DNA of 64,000 nt from an uncultured delta proteobacterium (GCA_963771465.1 CAVYTU010000016.1:125317-189316); one strand, 5' to 3'; shown: positions 48,789 to 59,235, counted from the stretch's first letter. Notes: generated by a model not told the origin, from the letters alone. Made by a program: numbers and translations.

Positions 48789-50213
48789 ATGGCGTTCGAA
48801 TCGCTTGAAGAATTCATTAACGCGGCGGACAAGGTCGGCGAAGTGCTGCATGTCGATGGCGCCGACTTGGAGTTGGACGTTGGTGGATTGACCGAGCTTA
48901 CGGCCGAGAAAAATGGGCCCATGGTCGTGTTCGATAAGTTTGCCGGATTTCCAGCAGGATTCCGTGTCGCTGCCAATGCCAACCGGACGCTGCGCCGTTT
49001 TGCGCTGGCGATGGGATTGCCGATCGATATTCATCCATTAGAGTTGCTGCGCCGTTGGCGTGACAAGCGCGCCGGCTCCCTGCCTATGGCCGCGCGCGTG
49101 GTGAAAGACGGACCGGTGCTTTCCAACATGCAGCAGGGCGACGCTGTCAACATCGAAAGCTTTCCCGCGCCGCGCTGGCATCCGGGCGACGGCGGGCGCT
49201 ACATCGGTACCCAAGATATGGTCATCCTGCGCGATCCCGAGCAGGGCTGGGTCAACATGGGGTGTTATCGCGCGATGATTCAGCGGCGCGATCGAATTAG
49301 TCTGTGGATCAATCCGCAGAAGCATGGACGAATTCTTGCGCAGAAGTATTGGCGCGACGGCAAAGCGGCGCCGGTCGCCGTCGTGTTTGGCTGCGAGCCG
49401 GTGACATGGATGACGGCGTCGATGTCGCCGCCGTTCGGCACCTCAGAGTACGAACTCGCCGGTGCTTATCGCAACAGTCCGGTAGATGTTGTCGAGTTGC
49501 CGTTAACCAAATTACCGGTGCCGGCACAGTCGGAGATCGCCGTCGAGGGAGAAATCCCGCCGGAGAGCGAAGAGACTGCGATTGAAGGACCGTTCGGCGA
49601 GTGGCCGGGCTACTACACGCATCAAGGACCGGAAGCGGTCGTGCGCATTAAGCGCATTTACTACCGCGACAATCCGATCATCGCCGGCGCGCCGCCGCTC
49701 AGACCGATCAACTGGAGCAACTTTACCAACTACGTGCATCTGTGGGAGCATCTCGAACGGTCCGGTATCACCGATGTCGCCGGCGTGTGGGGATTTTACA
49801 ACGGCTTGCTCACCGTCGTGTCGCTCAAGCAGCGCTACGCCGGCCACGCCAAGCAAGCGCTGATCACCGCAGCGGGCTTTCGCCACGGCGATATGAAGAC
49901 TTATTACGTGACGGTCGACGACGATATCGACCCGACCAATCAGGAAGAAGTGCTGTGGGCGATGTGCACACGCGTCGATCCCACGACAGCGGTCGATGTC
50001 GTGCGTGACGCGTGGACGGCTGACCTCGATCCGCGCGTGTCGCCGGCGCGCCGCGCGGCGGGAGATCTGACAGTTGGTAGAATGCTGATCAACGCGTGCA
50101 AGCCGTTCGCCTGGCGCGATCAGTTCGCCAAGACGAATGTCTTCGGCGCTGAAGATCGCCAGAAACTGCAAGCGAAGTGGGGCGAGTTGTTGGCGACGAT
50201 TGGCAAGAAATGA
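48789..50213 (+). CDS. UbiD-family prFMN-dependent (de)carboxylase
   Basis: DGGRYI, NMGCYR, EGPFGEWPGYY and VDDDIDP..VLWA motifs. Confidence 0.93.
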   Translation: MAFESLEEFINAADKVGEVLHVDGADLELDVGGLTELTAEKNGPMVVFDKFAGFPAGFRVAANANRTLRRFALAMGLPIDIHPLELLRRWRDKRAGSLPMAARVVKDGPVLSNMQQGDAVNIESFPAPRWHPGDGGRYIGTQDMVILRDPEQGWVNMGCYRAMIQRRDRISLWINPQKHGRILAQKYWRDGKAAPVAVVFGCEPVTWMTASMSPPFGTSEYELAGAYRNSPVDVVELPLTKLPVPAQSEIAVEGEIPPESEETAIEGPFGEWPGYYTHQGPEAVVRIKRIYYRDNPIIAGAPPLRPINWSNFTNYVHLWEHLERSGITDVAGVWGFYNGLLTVVSLKQRYAGHAKQALITAAGFRHGDMKTYYVTVDDDIDPTNQEEVLWAMCTRVDPTTAVDVVRDAWTADLDPRVSPARRAAGDLTVGRMLINACKPFAWRDQFAKTNVFGAEDRQKLQAKWGELLATIGKK

Positions 50214-50265
50214 CCGCTTCATTCGGGCGACACACTGTCGTATAGTGAATTTTTTTGGAGGACAA

Positions 50266-51414
50266 ATGGAACTCAAACATAAACTTATTAGCGCCGATTC
50301 CCATGCGGGATTTGACCGCGACGATTTCACCAAGCGCATGTCCGCGAGTAAGTGGGGCGAGCGCATACCGCATATCGTCGAAACGAACAAAAACGGCAAG
50401 CGCGTCGATCGCTGGTCGGTGTACGGCGAGCCGAAGAGCAACGACGTGGCCAATTGCCCGGCGTTGATGGGCGAGCCGTTCCCGACTTATCCGAAACTCT
50501 ACGAAGAGATTCCCAAAGCGTACTACGATCCGCTGGCGCGGCTTAAGATGCTCGATGCCGACGGGGTCGACGCCGAAGTGTTGTTTCCCAACCCTCCCGG
50601 TGGAACTTACTTCGAGCCTGGCGATGTCGAATTCGAACTGGACGTGGTGCGTACCTATAATGACATCCTTGCTGAGTGGTATCGCATCAGTGACCGCTAT
50701 CTGCCATTAGCAGCGGTGCCGTACTTGAGTTCACCGGAAGTGATTAAACGAGAGTTCGAACGCGCCGCGGCGGCGGGTCATCGCGGCGTTAACCTGATGG
50801 GGCAGATGCCCAAAGGTCTGCCGCACATCACTGACCCTTACTGGTACCCGCTTTGGGATGTTTGCCAGGCTTTGGCGTTGCCGATTCATTTTCACGGTTC
50901 GGCTGGGTTGAGCGCAGGCGGATCGGTGCGCAAGTGGAGCGGCTATTCGCATCGTCAGGCCCACTCAGCGCAGACCGCGACGTCGGCGGTGACGCCGGCG
51001 CAGATCGTGCCGCAATTTATTTTTTCTGGGATTACCGAAAAGTTTCCTGGCTTGATCAGTGTGTTTCCCGAAGCCGGCGTCGGCAGCTTGAACTACGTCA
51101 TCGCAACCTGCGATCACGAGTGGGAAAGCCGCCACCTGTGGACCGAAGGCATCACCACGCGGCCTAGCGAGATTGTGCGCCGGCAGATGTACGTGAACTT
51201 TTGGTTTGAGGCCGAAGGCATCAAACTGCGCGATGACATCGGCGTCGATAACATCATGTGGGAGTCGGATTTTCCTCACGTGGCGTCTTACTACCCGCAT
51301 TCTTGGCGCGAGGTCGAGCGCGTCCTCAAAGGCGTCCCGGCAGCGGACCGGCGCAAAATGCAGTATGAGAACGCCGTGCGGCTGTACAGGATCGACGCGG
51401 TTCTACCGGCATAA
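50266..51414 (+). CDS. Amidohydrolase_2 family protein (type A)
   Basis: SADSH, NCPA, FHG and WESDFPH motifs; paralog of 1241-2392; GGAGG RBS. Confidence 0.92.
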   Translation: MELKHKLISADSHAGFDRDDFTKRMSASKWGERIPHIVETNKNGKRVDRWSVYGEPKSNDVANCPALMGEPFPTYPKLYEEIPKAYYDPLARLKMLDADGVDAEVLFPNPPGGTYFEPGDVEFELDVVRTYNDILAEWYRISDRYLPLAAVPYLSSPEVIKREFERAAAAGHRGVNLMGQMPKGLPHITDPYWYPLWDVCQALALPIHFHGSAGLSAGGSVRKWSGYSHRQAHSAQTATSAVTPAQIVPQFIFSGITEKFPGLISVFPEAGVGSLNYVIATCDHEWESRHLWTEGITTRPSEIVRRQMYVNFWFEAEGIKLRDDIGVDNIMWESDFPHVASYYPHSWREVERVLKGVPAADRRKMQYENAVRLYRIDAVLPA

Positions 51415-51447
51415 AGCTAAAAAGGCCGAGGTCTGCACGAATTGATC

Positions 51448-51475
51448 GTAGGGGCGAAAAATTTTCGCCTTTACC
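51448..51475. repeat. GTAG-type REP-like hairpin
   Basis: GTAGGGGCGAAAAATTTTCGCCTTTAC; related candidates at 15627-15656 and 18003-18035. Confidence 0.6.
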
Positions 51476-51523
51476 GCGTATCGTTCGCGCCCGGTGTGAA
51501 TTTTTTTAGAGAGGAAAGTTTGC

Positions 51524-52648
51524 ATGCAATTGAAATACGGTTTCATCAGCGTTGACGATCATGTTCAGGAGACGCCCAACCTGTGGGTCGATCGGCTCAA
51601 GAAAAAGTTTGGCGATCGAGTACCCCATTTGGTCACTGCAAAAGATGGCAGCGAACAGTGGATCTTCAATGGGCAAATGCTCCTCGATGGCCGCGCCGCT
51701 CGGGCCGGAGCATTGATGCCGGATCGCAATGAGGATCCCAAACGCTGGGCCGATGTGCCGGCGCCGGCGTTTACCCCTGCGGAGCGATTGAAAGCGATGG
51801 ATTCGGCCGGCATCGACTATTCGGTGCTTTACCCTACGGTGGCCGGTTTGGCAGGAGAGACTTTCGGCCGCGCGCAAGATTCCGCTTTGGAGATCGCCTG
51901 CGTGCAAACGTATAACGATTGGCTGATTGACGAATGGGCGAGCGTTAGCGAGCGCTTTGTCCCGCAGTGTCTGGTGCCGATCTGGCCGGTGGAAGCGGCC
52001 ATCGCCGAGATTAGGCGCGCGGTGGGCCGCGGTCATCGCGGCGTGATCTTGCCGTCCTTGCCTATGCACCTGCGTGAGGTTCCCCATATCAGCGGACCGG
52101 AATACGACCCGCTCTGGTCGGTGTGCGAAGAGTTGGCCGTGCCGGTCTGTCTCCATGCCGGCGCGTCGCCCGACTTACAGTCGCCGCTGCCGCCGCAGAT
52201 GAAGCCGGCCTTGGCCGCGGCAGTGGATGCGGCGACCAAGCCGGTATCGAGTGTGTTCGTGATTTCGCTTTACTCATTTTCGCGAGTCTTACTGCGCCAT
52301 CCAAAACTGCGCTTGGTGTTGGCCGAGAGCGCGCTCAGTTGGGGCATGCTCTATTTAGAATGGGCCGATCACCAGTTCGAGCATGACGGTCTCGCCCGCG
52401 AGGGTTACGACCTCACGCCGTTGCAAATGTTCAAGCGCCAATGCTTCTTCAATGCCTGGTACGATCCCGTCGCGCCCTTCACCGATTACATTGGCGCCGA
52501 TCGGATTCTCTGGTCGGCCAATCTTCCGCTGGCAAATTCGACTTGGCCGCGCACTCGGGAAACCATCGATCATTGTTTCAAGGGAGTATCGACCGAAGAC
52601 CGCGAAAGAGTGTTGTGGAGAAATGCGGCGGAGCTTTATCGGTTGTGA
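51524..52648 (+). CDS. Amidohydrolase_2 family protein (type B, catalytic Asp absent)
   Basis: SVDDH, LHAG and WSANLPL; paralog of 2455-3594. Confidence 0.9.
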   Translation: MQLKYGFISVDDHVQETPNLWVDRLKKKFGDRVPHLVTAKDGSEQWIFNGQMLLDGRAARAGALMPDRNEDPKRWADVPAPAFTPAERLKAMDSAGIDYSVLYPTVAGLAGETFGRAQDSALEIACVQTYNDWLIDEWASVSERFVPQCLVPIWPVEAAIAEIRRAVGRGHRGVILPSLPMHLREVPHISGPEYDPLWSVCEELAVPVCLHAGASPDLQSPLPPQMKPALAAAVDAATKPVSSVFVISLYSFSRVLLRHPKLRLVLAESALSWGMLYLEWADHQFEHDGLAREGYDLTPLQMFKRQCFFNAWYDPVAPFTDYIGADRILWSANLPLANSTWPRTRETIDHCFKGVSTEDRERVLWRNAAELYRL

Positions 52649-52797
52649 CTCGCTCGGAGAGCAAATGTTCACGGTTGCGTTTTTCCACGACCAGCACCAT
52701 CATTCTTTACGCGCTCTCAAATCGGTTTGACAGGCGGAGAGCATGGATGTAATGCGTTCAGTCAAGATTGAAGTTAACTGCACAGGAGGGCTGATTG

Positions 52798-53193
52798 ATG
52801 GAAAAGGCAAAGACTGATCCGATCATAATCGAGCAAGCAGGAATGCGCATGACCGTCGCTCACCGACAAGGCCTCGGCGGCACCGATGAAGGGCTGAGGT
52901 TCGACATCACGACGGCCGGCGCGGATGACGAGGGAAAACGAATTCTGCGCTTCGATTGCTTTTACAAGAATCCCCATTATCACGTCGGCGCCTCCGGCGG
53001 CGAAGGCGCCGCTCACAAGATGAAAGACGAGGGCGTGGAAGACCCGGTGCGCTGGACCTTGGATCAGCTCAAGACCCGCTTTCCGGCGATGGTCAAACAA
53101 GCCGGGTACGGGGAAATCGCCGAGAAGATTGACCAGCGAGCGATTACCGATCAGCTCACCAAGTTAGAGCAGGAAATAATCGACAAATACTAA
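52798..53193 (+). CDS. Hypothetical protein
   Basis: AGGAGG RBS; LRFDCF..PHYH segment; preceded by TTGACA-N17-TAATGC near 52727. Confidence 0.8.
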   Translation: MEKAKTDPIIIEQAGMRMTVAHRQGLGGTDEGLRFDITTAGADDEGKRILRFDCFYKNPHYHVGASGGEGAAHKMKDEGVEDPVRWTLDQLKTRFPAMVKQAGYGEIAEKIDQRAITDQLTKLEQEIIDKY

Positions 53194-53330
53194 TCGGGCT
53201 TGGGCTCCGGGCCATGAGTTGGCACTTATTGCGAGGTAAAGCGTACACGGCGGAGCCATAACAAACGGCGCGCGACTCACTCGCAACGTTAATGGCCCTT
53301 CTCTGACTGACCACGTGGAGGAGACTGCTT

Positions 53331-53741
53331 ATGAAGATCGACGGTGCATGCCATTGCGGCTACATTACCTACGTCGCGGAAGTCGATCCTGACAAGGCCG
53401 GCATATGCCATTGCACGGATTGTCAGACCTTATCGGGGTCTGCGTTTCGTACGAGTGTCCCCGCGGCAAAGGAAGCGTTTAGCTTATCTGGCGGACAACC
53501 AAAGATTTATGTAAAGACTGCGGAAAGCGGCGGCAAACGCGCCCAAGCGTTCTGCCCCGAGTGCGGCACGCCGATCTATTCGTCAGCGGTGACCGATCCG
53601 CAGATATTCAATCTCCGCGTGGGCACAGCACGCCAGCGAGCCGAGCTCCGGCCAAAGTCACAAGGGTGGTGCCGATCAGCGCGCGACTGGGTAATGGATC
53701 TGCACTCCATACGGCAGTTTGCTCAGTCACGATCCAGTTAG
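53331..53741 (+). CDS. GFA (glutathione-dependent formaldehyde-activating/CENP-V) family protein
   Basis: GACHCG, CHCTDCQ and FCPECG zinc motifs; GGAGG RBS. Confidence 0.93.
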   Translation: MKIDGACHCGYITYVAEVDPDKAGICHCTDCQTLSGSAFRTSVPAAKEAFSLSGGQPKIYVKTAESGGKRAQAFCPECGTPIYSSAVTDPQIFNLRVGTARQRAELRPKSQGWCRSARDWVMDLHSIRQFAQSRSS

Positions 53742-53838
53742 GCCAAACTCAACCAACAAAAAGAGAAAACAGTACCAGGCTTTTGTTGTTGGTTTTTTTC
53801 TAAAACCATGCAGCGAAAATAAAATACCAGAGAAAAAA

Positions 53839-54906
53839 TTATCTTCCCGCCAAAACCCAATCGCGCCAGAGCTTTTCGTATTGAGTGATCTTGTCCATGT
53901 ATTTGGCGGGATCTACGACGATAAATTCAAATCCCTGACGCAGTCGCGGCGGGTCGGGAAGAAGCTCCGGGTGCGTCCCGATGCGGTTGGCATCGTGAAC
54001 CACCTTCTGCCCTCCCTCTTTGCTAAAAAAGAAATCGAGAAAGAGCATCGTAGCGTGGGGATGAGGCGCGTTTTTCGCCAGCGCCGAGACGATGCCTTTA
54101 CCGATGACAGGTTCCAAATTGTTCCAATCCACCGGCGCTCCCTTGGCCATAACCCGGGGATAGTGATGGCTGTAAGCGTTCGGCGAGAGCGGGTCCTCGC
54201 CGGCGACGATCAACTGCGCCATCTGGCTATGGCCGCTTCGGATGCTGGGATTTTGCCCGCCGAGCTTTTGAAAAAAGACTTTACCTTTTTCCTCGCCCCA
54301 ATGCTCCATCAGGCTTATGAACCATTCGGTCTGCTCCCGCTCCAGCGACATCTTGCCCTTCCACTTCGGGTTAAGCAGATCTTCGTATTTCCTGGGCGCT
54401 TCAGCCGGCGGTACCATACGGGTGTTGAAAGCGGACACGATCATCGTCAGCCGGCTCGCCACCCAAAAGCCCTGGGACTGCAGGAAGCGTTTGTCATATT
54501 TCTCCACCGATGGAGTGTAAAAAGCCTGCAGAGTCCCCTTGCGCCGCGGTAACTCCATCTGAAAATCATTGGTATCGATAATATCTGCGATGAAGCGGTT
54601 GGCCTGAAACTCAGTGAGGTAACGCTGTAGCGCGCGCTCAGAGGTCAGGCGAGTGAGCTTGATCTTGACGAATGGGTAGCGCTTCTCGAAAAGCTGCGCG
54701 ACCTGGGAGGAGTCTTCGGTCGAGAGCGAGGTATACCACTCGACCTCACCCTCCTTTCTTGCGCCCGCCTCGATTTTGCTTTGCCGGTCTTTACCCTTGT
54801 AGAGAGATATCTCCGCAACACTCGCCGCCTCTAGCCATGATGAGAGCACCGGGACCGCGATGACAATTACCAGGCATGACAGGAATAGTTTGGCTATTTT
54901 CATCAC
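53839..54906 (-). CDS. Extracellular solute-binding protein (Fe/thiamine/AfuA-like)
   Basis: Signal peptide; GARKEGEVEWYTS, PRKYEDLLNPKWKGK and APHPHA motifs. Confidence 0.9.
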   Translation of the reverse strand: MMKIAKLFLSCLVIVIAVPVLSSWLEAASVAEISLYKGKDRQSKIEAGARKEGEVEWYTSLSTEDSSQVAQLFEKRYPFVKIKLTRLTSERALQRYLTEFQANRFIADIIDTNDFQMELPRRKGTLQAFYTPSVEKYDKRFLQSQGFWVASRLTMIVSAFNTRMVPPAEAPRKYEDLLNPKWKGKMSLEREQTEWFISLMEHWGEEKGKVFFQKLGGQNPSIRSGHSQMAQLIVAGEDPLSPNAYSHHYPRVMAKGAPVDWNNLEPVIGKGIVSALAKNAPHPHATMLFLDFFFSKEGGQKVVHDANRIGTHPELLPDPPRLRQGFEFIVVDPAKYMDKITQYEKLWRDWVLAGR

Positions 54907-55097
54907 GGACCTCCATTCGTTGGGCGTTAGTCACCGAGTTCGGCGCCATTTTTTCTTCACGCAGCTGGCGTCAGTCAGGCCGCAGCGGGTAAACGTCGCG
55001 GCGAATTGCTTGCCACGGCAAATTCGATTAACAGAAAGAAAATCATGAAACGACAAGGCTGCGCTTCCATCTATCTATGAGCAACTCGAGCCTGGTC

Positions 55098-56162
55098 CTA
55101 GCGCGCTGGTAGTGGCGCGGGGCCGGAGAAAACTTTGTACAGCTCGATGGTCTCGGTGTCGCGCGGCGTATCACGGATCGCTTTGGTCAATTCTTCCGGC
55201 ATCATGGGACCGGCCTCTTCGCCGACGATCTTGAGGTGCTCGCGTAGAAACTCGGGATCTTTGAGAGTCTTGCGCATCGCTTCTTGAACGATCTCAACCA
55301 GATCCTTCGGCGTTCCCGGGGGAAATACATAGGGCGAGCCGGTCAGCCGAAATAGGCGCGCCAGGGTTAGCAGCTTGATCTCTTTCTCTGATTTGGCAAA
55401 GCTCTCGATCTCGGGAAGATGGCTGAATTTAAGATACTTGAACCCTTTGGGGACTTCTAAAATGGCGTGAAAATCCATCAGCCCTTTTTCCGCCCAATCG
55501 GGATTGCGCTGCCAGATCGATGTCGCCGTGTTCGCTCTGGCATCGACTTCGCCGCGCACAAGCGCGGTATCCAGCTCGGGCGCCGAGTAGCCTGGGATGA
55601 ACTTGGGGTCTTTCAAGCCGAGGAAATAGGTGAACAACCGCACCGATGTATAGGCGCTATGCCCCACGGTCCTGGCGCCGACTTTCACGCCGGTGGTCGC
55701 TCTAAGTTTTTCCAGATTGTTCAAGCCGGCTTCTTTGCGGGTGTAGAACACATTGTGGCTCGTGCTTTCCGGCGAGCCGAGGTAGATATACTTGTCGACG
55801 TCGTACATCACTCCGCTATCGCGCAATATGCCCATGCCAATGACGGCGCTGCTGAACGCGCCGATGGTAAGTCCGTCGGGTCGGGCAACGCGAGACATAT
55901 GATTGCCCACCTGCCGGCCGCCGCCGCCGTCCATGTACTGGACGAGGATGGCCGGATTGCCAGGGATGTATTTGCGCAGAAACGGCATCACCGCCTTCGC
56001 ACGATTATCGCCAATGCCTCCGGGAGCGGTGCCGGCGATCATGGTGATGGTTTTTCCCTGATAGAATGGCGCTTGCGCGAAACTGCAATCGACAGAAAGT
56101 GTCGCAAGCACGGCCACTGCGCTCAGCGTTGATTTAATGAATGATGAATTAGATGTACTCAC
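55098..56162 (-). CDS. TctC/Bug family substrate-binding protein
   Basis: FYQGKTI, YIPGNP, ARPDGLTI and PPGTPKD motifs; AGGAGG RBS before GTG. Confidence 0.9.
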   Translation of the reverse strand: MSTSNSSFIKSTLSAVAVLATLSVDCSFAQAPFYQGKTITMIAGTAPGGIGDNRAKAVMPFLRKYIPGNPAILVQYMDGGGGRQVGNHMSRVARPDGLTIGAFSSAVIGMGILRDSGVMYDVDKYIYLGSPESTSHNVFYTRKEAGLNNLEKLRATTGVKVGARTVGHSAYTSVRLFTYFLGLKDPKFIPGYSAPELDTALVRGEVDARANTATSIWQRNPDWAEKGLMDFHAILEVPKGFKYLKFSHLPEIESFAKSEKEIKLLTLARLFRLTGSPYVFPPGTPKDLVEIVQEAMRKTLKDPEFLREHLKIVGEEAGPMMPEELTKAIRDTPRDTETIELYKVFSGPAPLPAR

Positions 56163-56320
56163 AGGGGACCTCCTGTTTGTCGTTAGATGACTAGGTGAAA
56201 TTTTTACTACGCCAATCAAGCGACGATGAGCATGATTCCTACTAGCCCAACTCGCGACAAAAGTCGACTCTTATCAGTGAGCTTCATTACGTCTCCATGT
56301 GTGCCATCGACTCATTTTAG

Positions 56321-56350
56321 GTTGACAGCGAGCGCGTCAACGAATACTTT
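56321..56350 (+). promoter_or_regulatory. Putative sigma70 promoter overlapped by a GTTGAC-N9-GTCAAC palindrome
   Basis: TTGACA-N17-TACTTT upstream of the deacylase gene; the inverted repeat covers the -35 box. Confidence 0.45.
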
Positions 56351-56405
56351 CGACCAGAACAACGATGTCTAAGCCGGTGGATTTGCCGGCCGCATAGGAG
56401 GAACG

Positions 56406-58088
56406 ATGGCGTACGATCTGATTTTCAGGAATGGAAAGATTATCGACGGTTCCGGGCTGCCGTGGTTTCACGGTGACGTCGCGGTTAGCGGCGGGCGGAT
56501 CGTTGAGATCGGGCGGATAAGCGGCAAGGCGCATCGGGAGATCGATGCGGACGGGTTGGTGGTCTCTCCCGGCATCATCGACAACCACACGCACTACGAT
56601 GCCCAGGTTACTTGGGACCCGCTTTGTACTTACTCTTGCTATCACGGTATCACCACTGTCGTCATCGGCAACTGTTCTCTAGCGTTGGCGCCGGCGCACC
56701 GGGAAGATCGCGAGAATCTGGCCGGAGTATTATCCCATGTGGAAGCGATCCCGTTGGAAGCGATTCAAGCGGGCGTCACATGGTCATGGGAAACCATTCC
56801 GCAATACCTAGATGCGCTGGATCGGAAGCTTGGAATGAACGTCGCTTCGCTAATCGGTCACTCCGCCGTGCGCCGCTTCGTCATGGGCGAAGCGTCCCAG
56901 GAGCGGCACGCGACTGACGAAGAGATTGCGACGATGAAAGCGATTGTTCGCGAGGGCATCGAGGCCGGCGCTGTGGGCGTGTCCTTCGAGCGCAACATGC
57001 GCCACTTTGACTGGAATGGCCGTCTGGCTCCGTCCAATCTCGCGGCGGACTCAGAGATTCTCGCCGTGGCGGGCGTGGTCGACGAGGTCGGGCGGGGCGT
57101 CATTCAATGTGGCGGCGACCGTAAGCTCGGCGCGGCGGTCGCCAAGAGCACACGTTGCCCGGTCTTCTACGGCAACATCACCCAGCAGGCGATCGCCCCC
57201 GATCGATGGCGCACTCAATTGGACGAAGTCGAAGGTCTCATGCGCCAGGGGCATCGCGCCTACCAGTTCGTCATGCCGCGGCCCGGAGATTTGCGCTACA
57301 CGCTCAAGACGGCGCAACACTTCGACGCTCTGCCGACGTGGAAAAATGTCATGTTACTGCCACTGGAGATGCGCAAAGAAGCTTTCCGCGATCCGGCGAC
57401 CCGTGCGAAGCTGCATTTTGAAGCCGTCGAGACGCCCCGCGATCCCAGTCGCGTGGGCGAATTCACACGCCGCTGGGATTTGCAGTTTGTCTTCAAACCG
57501 GCGCTGGCGAAGAACCAACATTTGAAGGGGAAGAGCGTCGCACAGATCGCACAGGAGCAGAACAAAGACGTGCTCGACACGTTTCTAGAACTCGCCTTGG
57601 AAGAAAATCTGGAGACGGAATTCGAACGGCGCGAAGTCAACTGCGACGAAGCAGCGATGAAAGCCTTGCTCACGAGTCCATACACCGTCGTCGGTCAGTC
57701 GGACGGTGGCGCACATGTAGTTTTTCGCACCGACTACAGTTACTCGACATATCTCTTGTCCCACTGGGTTCGTGAAAAGCAGATTATGTCGCTGGAAGAC
57801 GCGATCCGGAAGCTCACCTTCGTATCAGCATCGCTTTTCGGCTTGTATGACCGCGGTCTAGTACGGCCGGGCATGATGGCAGACCTGATGGTGTTCAATC
57901 CCGATACAATCGCCCCGCTCGAACCGGGTGAAGCCTACGATCTGCCGGGCGGCGCCAAGCGCCGCAAACAACTCGCCACGGGAATCGAATACACTGTGGT
58001 GAATGGTCAAGTGCTACTCGAAAAGGGCGAGCACACCGGCGCTTATCCCGGCAAGGTGGCGCGGAACGCGAGTCCGGTGGGGCTATAG
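56406..58088 (+). CDS. N-acyl-D-amino-acid deacylase family amidohydrolase
   Basis: PGIIDNHTHYDAQ, GNCS, SDGGAH and RGLVRPGMMAD motifs; AGGAGG RBS. Confidence 0.92.
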   Translation: MAYDLIFRNGKIIDGSGLPWFHGDVAVSGGRIVEIGRISGKAHREIDADGLVVSPGIIDNHTHYDAQVTWDPLCTYSCYHGITTVVIGNCSLALAPAHREDRENLAGVLSHVEAIPLEAIQAGVTWSWETIPQYLDALDRKLGMNVASLIGHSAVRRFVMGEASQERHATDEEIATMKAIVREGIEAGAVGVSFERNMRHFDWNGRLAPSNLAADSEILAVAGVVDEVGRGVIQCGGDRKLGAAVAKSTRCPVFYGNITQQAIAPDRWRTQLDEVEGLMRQGHRAYQFVMPRPGDLRYTLKTAQHFDALPTWKNVMLLPLEMRKEAFRDPATRAKLHFEAVETPRDPSRVGEFTRRWDLQFVFKPALAKNQHLKGKSVAQIAQEQNKDVLDTFLELALEENLETEFERREVNCDEAAMKALLTSPYTVVGQSDGGAHVVFRTDYSYSTYLLSHWVREKQIMSLEDAIRKLTFVSASLFGLYDRGLVRPGMMADLMVFNPDTIAPLEPGEAYDLPGGAKRRKQLATGIEYTVVNGQVLLEKGEHTGAYPGKVARNASPVGL

Positions 58089-58235
58089 CTGTAAGCGGAA
58101 TAATCTCGAGGTGAATTTTCAGAAATAGACCCGATCAATGATATATATACGCTCGCTGAGACAGCGTCGACATAACTGGTATCATCTGACAAAGTGTCAA
58201 GCGCAGATCCGCTCAATAAATCATGGAGGACTCCT

Positions 58236-58682
58236 TTGCCTAAACCATTCGTCGTCAAGCCCGAAAACGCTCCGCGACCCTTAACGCTGGTGGGCGAAAA
58301 AATCACCATACTCGCCTCGGGCGCGCAAACCGGCAGCTATGAAATATTCTTGCAAGTGGGGCCCGAAAACAGTGGCCCGCCGCCGCATAACCATCCTTGG
58401 GATGAATCTTTTTATGTCGTCAAGGGCGAGATCGCGTTTGGTATTGACGGCGACGAGATGAGTGCCCTACCGGGCACGCTGGTGCACCTTCCCGCCGGAA
58501 CGACTCATTGGTTCCGGTTTGGTAGAGGCGGTGGCGAAATGATTTCGATGACTTCGCGCGAAGGCGCGTCGCGGATGTTCACCGACCTCGACCGCGAGAT
58601 TTCGCCGGACAAACCGGATTTCGGGAAACTCGTCGAAGTCGGTCGGCGGCATGGATTAGCAGTAATCCCGCCGACGAACTGA
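58236..58682 (+). CDS. Cupin domain protein
   Basis: GPPPHNHPWDESFY..PAGTTHWF; GGAGG RBS before TTG. Confidence 0.88.
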   Translation: MPKPFVVKPENAPRPLTLVGEKITILASGAQTGSYEIFLQVGPENSGPPPHNHPWDESFYVVKGEIAFGIDGDEMSALPGTLVHLPAGTTHWFRFGRGGGEMISMTSREGASRMFTDLDREISPDKPDFGKLVEVGRRHGLAVIPPTN

Positions 58683-58773
58683 GCGCGCGTGTCGCCGGCG
58701 CCGTATTCGTTTGAGATTACGCAGTCTGGCACGGCTAAAGAAATCTTGGCGTTCACAGCACCCCGCTGCTTTA

Positions 58774-59235
58774 TTAACCTCTGAGCACAAAAACGAGCGT
58801 GTACAGGCTCATGCCGATGACGATGAGTGAACCGATCGTAAAAAATACGGCTCTTAGATCATGAGTCTTAGCGGTTCCTAAGGCGTACGAATGCAGCAGT
58901 CGGGAAACAACGTATCCGTACATCAGAGTTTGCGCGGCCCAAAGCGCCGGCTGAGTCAGCGTAAACAAAAAGCTGGCGACTAGAAAGATCGGAATGTTTT
59001 CCATGTCGTTGCGGTGCAAACTTCGTGAACGCTCGACGTAGGGGTTCGGGTTTAGTTGGTCTGGACTGGGATTGGGATTGAAGGGCGTTTTCTTGATGTC
59101 TTCGGGATGCAAGAAGCCGCCATTCACCTTGATCATTCGATAGATGGTTATCCAAGCTTGTAGCATCATTTTCAAGCCCATCAATGACGCCGCGATAACG
59201 TAGGTCTGCAGAACCGGATCCTTGAGATTCATCAC
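58774..59235 (-). CDS. MAPEG family (microsomal GST/PGES-like) membrane protein
   Basis: HPED, VERSRSLHRNDMENI and SRLLHS motifs; hydrophobic helices. Confidence 0.92.
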   Translation of the reverse strand: MMNLKDPVLQTYVIAASLMGLKMMLQAWITIYRMIKVNGGFLHPEDIKKTPFNPNPSPDQLNPNPYVERSRSLHRNDMENIPIFLVASFLFTLTQPALWAAQTLMYGYVVSRLLHSYALGTAKTHDLRAVFFTIGSLIVIGMSLYTLVFVLRG

